From: Myxococcota bacterium | Lineage (GTDB): Bacteria; Myxococcota_A; Polyangia; Polyangiales; Sandaracinaceae | Direction of reading: 5' to 3' | Length of the DNA stretch: 42,341 nt | Assembly: GCA_036149055.1 (NCBI GenBank) | Contig: JAYZQJ010000245.1 | Span: 1-42,341, forward strand | Shown here: positions 39,019-42,341 of the stretch, piece after piece | Position numbering within the stretch: the stretch's first letter is position 1 | Layout: each line of letters opens with the position of its first letter | Program-made: the position numbers and the translations under genes | The notes under the pieces: model-generated | What the model was told of the DNA's origin: nothing | The model's database searches: none | The model's input: the letters and a program-made list of their open reading frames with translations, nothing else

Positions 39019-39108
39019 GGGGACGGAGTGAACTTGTTGACCTGTGTAGGCGATATGACCACACGTAGGCCAATCACCCACGTAAGTTCACAAGTTAACT
39101 CCGTCCCC
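39019..39108. repeat. Imperfect inverted-repeat element (REP/MITE-like hairpin)
   Basis: GGGGACGGAGTGAACTTGT (39019-39037) pairs with ACAAGTTAACTCCGTCCCC (39090-39108) with one mismatch; AT-richer than its surroundings. Confidence 0.75.
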
Positions 39109-39145
39109 TCCGGCTCGGGGCGCGGGGCTTTGCTAGAACGGGGGC

Positions 39146-41674
39146 GTGGGCTGGGTCTCGCGGATTCTGATCGTGGCGCTCGCGGTCTCCTCGTTCGGGT
39201 TCGAGTGGGAGGGGCGGCTGACGCGGCTCCGGCGCGAGATGGAGGACCCGGATCCGGCGCGGCGGCGCGAGGTGGTGCAGCTGCTGTCGAGCTACCCGGC
39301 GTCGGAGGTGCAGGGGGCGCTGCTGGCCGCGCTCGAGGACGAGGACGCGGGCGTGCGCGCGGAGGCGGCGGAGGCGGTGGGCCGGGTGCGGCTGCCCGAG
39401 GCGGTGCCGCGGCTGCTCGACTGGCTCGACGATCCAGAGGCCGACGTGCGGGCCGCGGCCGCGCGCGCGCTCGGGCAGATCGCCGCCGACGGGACGGTGC
39501 CGCAGCTGGTCCGGGTGCTGGGCGACGCGCACTCCGAGGTGCGGCGCGCGGGCGTGGAGGCGCTGGCCGCGATCGGCGGCGACGAGGTGGTGGTGCCGCT
39601 GCTCGGGCGCCTCGACGACGTCGACGTCCGGGTGCGCACGCTGGCCGCCCAGCTGCTCGGCAACCTGGGCGACCGACGCGCGGTGGTGCCGCTCGTCGGC
39701 CGGGCCCGCGACGACGCGCCGGAGGTGCGGGCCGCGGTCTACGCGGCGCTCGGCGATCTCGGCGACGACCGGGCGGTGCCAGCGCTGGTGCAGGGGCTGC
39801 GCGACGACGCCCCCGAGCCGCGGCTGGCCGCGGTGGGCGCGCTCGGGCGGCTCGGCTCGGAGGAGGCGGTGCGGCCGCTGGTCGCGCTGATGGAGTCGCC
39901 GGACACCCGCCTGCCCCGCGCGGTGACCGCGGCCCTCGGGCAGATCGAAGGCGAGGTGGCGCGGGCCGCTCTGGTGGAGGCGCTCCGGCCGCCGCGCACC
40001 CGACCGATGGCCGCCCAGACCCTGGTGGAGCGCGCTCGGCGCGGCGCCCGGGACGGACAGGACGGCTCGGGCGCGATCACCCGCGCGCTGGCCGAGGCCC
40101 TCGAGACGGCCGACGACCCGGCGCACGCGACCCAGCTCGCCCGCACCCTGCTCGCGGTCTCGAGCTTCGACTCGATCGCCGCCGCCGCGCCCGCGCTCCT
40201 GGCCGCGCTGCGCGAGGGGCGTGGGGAGCCGCCGGCCACCCTGCGCGCGCTCGGCGCGACCGGCGCGCCCGAGGCCCTGGTGCCGCTGCTCGAGCGGCTG
40301 CGGGCCGAGGAGGTCCACATCCGCCTCGCGGTGCTCGAGGCCCTGCGCCGCTACTTCGCCGAGGCGGAGCCCGACGGGCGGGCCGCCGACCCGCTGCTCG
40401 CGGTGCTCGGTCACGTGAGCGAGGCCGAGCGCCAGCCGGTGATCGGTCTCCTGGGCACGGTGGGCGCGACCCGCGCGCTGCCGACCCTGCGCACGCTGCT
40501 CTCGCATCGCGATCCGGAGCTGCGCCTGGCGGCGGTCCGCGCGATCGGCGACATCGGCGATCCGGAGGGGGCCCCGGCGCTCCTGGCGCTGCTCGACGAC
40601 ACCGACGGGCGGCTGCGCTTCGAGGCGGCGCGCGCGGCCGGCGCGGCGGCGTCGCCCGAGGTGATCCGCGATCTGCTCTCTCGCCTGCGGCGCCGGGAGC
40701 CGACCGACCGCCACGCGGTGCTGATGGCCCTCGCGCGCGCCCTGCCCCGGCTGGCCGCGGACGAGGCGCTGCCGCCCGAGCTGGCCGAGACCTCGCGGGA
40801 GCTGATGGTCGAGGTGGCCAGCGGCGACGACCTCGGGCTCGCCGCGCGCGCGCTCGACGTGCTCGTGGCCTGGCACCCGCCCGAGGCCGCCGAGCCGCTC
40901 GCCTCGCTGCTCGAGCGGGCCGGCCCGCGCCGGAGCCTGTTGATCACCCGCGCGATCGGCGCCCGCGACCACGACGCGGCGCGCGCCGCGCTGAGGCGCC
41001 TGATGGACGACCCGAGCTCGTCCGTGCAGACGCAGGCGGCCTCGGTGATGGGGGAGCGGGGCGGGCCCGAGGAGGCGGCGCTCCTGCTCGAGCGCGGCCC
41101 CGAGCTCTCCTGGCCGGCGTCGGCGGCGGCGGCGTTCGCGCTCGCCCGCATGGCCCGCCGCGGGGTCCTGGACGCCGACGCTCACGAGGGGCTCTGCCGC
41201 ATGAGCACGAGCCACGATCCGTTCGTGCGCGCCAACGTGGCCACCGCGCTCGGCGCGCTCTCCGCCCCGCCCTGCCCGTCCGGGGCTCACCCCCTCGGCT
41301 GGCTGGAGCGCCGCCACGCCGGGGTGGTGCGCGCCGCCGCCGCGCGCTGGGCGAGCGCCGCCGCCGAGGCCGGCCACCTCCCCCGGGCCGCGGTGACGGA
41401 GGCGCTCGAGCGCTGCGCCGCCGAGCCCCTCGCCCCCGAGGCGGCCGCGGTCTGCGCGAGTCCCACCTGGCCGGCGCTGGACGCCGAGGCCGACGTCTAC
41501 GCGTACGCGCCCGACGGCGAGCGGGTGCTCGGCTCGCGGCTGCTGGCGCTGCGCCTCTCGGACGGCAGCGTCTGGGTGACGCGCAGCGATCCGAACGGGC
41601 ACCTGAGGCTGTCCGGGGCTCCCGCCGGCGCGCTCACCCTCGAGGACCCGGCGGCCACCCCGCTCGAGCCCTGA
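39146..41674 (+). CDS. Exported HEAT-repeat protein
   Basis: Signal peptide; many DxDxxVRxxAAxALG repeats; 842 aa. Confidence 0.9.
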   Translation: MGWVSRILIVALAVSSFGFEWEGRLTRLRREMEDPDPARRREVVQLLSSYPASEVQGALLAALEDEDAGVRAEAAEAVGRVRLPEAVPRLLDWLDDPEADVRAAAARALGQIAADGTVPQLVRVLGDAHSEVRRAGVEALAAIGGDEVVVPLLGRLDDVDVRVRTLAAQLLGNLGDRRAVVPLVGRARDDAPEVRAAVYAALGDLGDDRAVPALVQGLRDDAPEPRLAAVGALGRLGSEEAVRPLVALMESPDTRLPRAVTAALGQIEGEVARAALVEALRPPRTRPMAAQTLVERARRGARDGQDGSGAITRALAEALETADDPAHATQLARTLLAVSSFDSIAAAAPALLAALREGRGEPPATLRALGATGAPEALVPLLERLRAEEVHIRLAVLEALRRYFAEAEPDGRAADPLLAVLGHVSEAERQPVIGLLGTVGATRALPTLRTLLSHRDPELRLAAVRAIGDIGDPEGAPALLALLDDTDGRLRFEAARAAGAAASPEVIRDLLSRLRRREPTDRHAVLMALARALPRLAADEALPPELAETSRELMVEVASGDDLGLAARALDVLVAWHPPEAAEPLASLLERAGPRRSLLITRAIGARDHDAARAALRRLMDDPSSSVQTQAASVMGERGGPEEAALLLERGPELSWPASAAAAFALARMARRGVLDADAHEGLCRMSTSHDPFVRANVATALGALSAPPCPSGAHPLGWLERRHAGVVRAAAARWASAAAEAGHLPRAAVTEALERCAAEPLAPEAAAVCASPTWPALDAEADVYAYAPDGERVLGSRLLALRLSDGSVWVTRSDPNGHLRLSGAPAGALTLEDPAATPLEP

Positions 41675-41716
41675 TCGGGCTGGCCGGCGTGGGCGGCCCG
41701 CACGTATGCTGCCGTC

Positions 41717-42232
41717 GTGTCCGGCGTCGTCCCCCCCGAGCCCATCCCGATCGGCGAGGCCCTCGAGCTGGCCAAGCACGGCACCGAGCAGGCGTTCGCG
41801 GAGCGGCTGGGCTTCGGCGCGCTCGTCGGCTCGCCGCCGGTCCCCGAGGAGGAGCGCAGCTGGTCGTATCACACGGTCGCGCTGCGAGGGACGTTCAGCC
41901 GGGCGGCCCCCGGCATCGATCTGAAGACGTCGCTGCTGTTCCCGATGATCAAGGTGCAGCCGCGCTTCGCCGGCACGCTGCTGATCGGTCGGGCGCAGAG
42001 CAACGACATCTGCATCGACCACAACAGCATCTCGAAGCTGCACGCCCGCGTCCGGATCGACGGCGACGCGATGAGCCTGAGCGACGCCGGCTCGAAGAAC
42101 GGCATCGACCTCGACTACGCGCCCCTGAAGGGCGAGCGGCCGCTGAAGGACGGCGCGGTCGTCCGGCTCGGGCACTTCACCCTCACGTTCCACCGCCCGG
42201 CGACGCTCTACCGCATGCTGAAGGCGGTGTGA
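41717..42232 (+). CDS. FHA domain protein
   Basis: IGRAQSNDI, ISKLHA and DAGSKNG motifs. Confidence 0.9.
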   Translation: MSGVVPPEPIPIGEALELAKHGTEQAFAERLGFGALVGSPPVPEEERSWSYHTVALRGTFSRAAPGIDLKTSLLFPMIKVQPRFAGTLLIGRAQSNDICIDHNSISKLHARVRIDGDAMSLSDAGSKNGIDLDYAPLKGERPLKDGAVVRLGHFTLTFHRPATLYRMLKAV

Positions 42233-42264
42233 GCGACTAGCAGCGCGCGGCGAAAATGACTGCG

Positions 42265-42341
42265 CGCGCTGCGAGGGACGTTCAGCCGGGCGGCCCCCGG
42301 CATCGATCTGAAGACGTCGCTGCTGTTCCCGATGATCAAGG
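42265..42341 (+). repeat. Exact duplication of 41878-41954 (inside the FHA gene), running off the window
   Basis: 77/77 identical bases. Confidence 0.92.

Noticed and set aside
39028..42240. Very long ORFs 39028..42240 (+) and 39095..42193 (-)
   Set aside because: Arg/Gly/Ala-rich off-frame or antisense shadows of the HEAT and FHA genes, expected at this GC content.

Overview
Very GC-rich bacterial DNA whose gene content (Cys-rich lipoproteins, HEAT, FHA and PilZ proteins, sterol desaturase-like gene, Rpn-type C-terminus) suggests a myxobacterium (Myxococcota, probably Polyangiales/Sandaracinaceae-like; inference only). The left two thirds is a mosaic accessory region. It holds the end of an IS21-family element that truncates a gene, a LysR-(pseudo)ADH-AKR cassette, and an orphan T6SS spike/effector island. 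That island encodes VgrG with an unusual N-terminal extension, an uncharacterised 477-aa helical-repeat protein, a PAAR-like/Rhs toxin with an HNH-like C-terminus, an unknown putative immunity protein, and a divergent His/Cys caspase-fold-like gene. Further right are a multi-zinc-finger gene and a small island with a TIR-domain remnant and beta-propeller-like paralogs. The most striking non-genic pattern is that accessory blocks are repeatedly bracketed by diverged, internally deleted direct copies of pieces of the neighbouring host-like gene, with no integrase in view. The right part is mostly ordinary genes, plus an Rpn remnant with 24-nt repeats, a Fur-like box, a ~90-bp inverted-repeat element and a 77-bp exact duplication at the window edge. 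No rRNA, tRNA or CRISPR array was seen. All family assignments come from motif recognition, not database searches.
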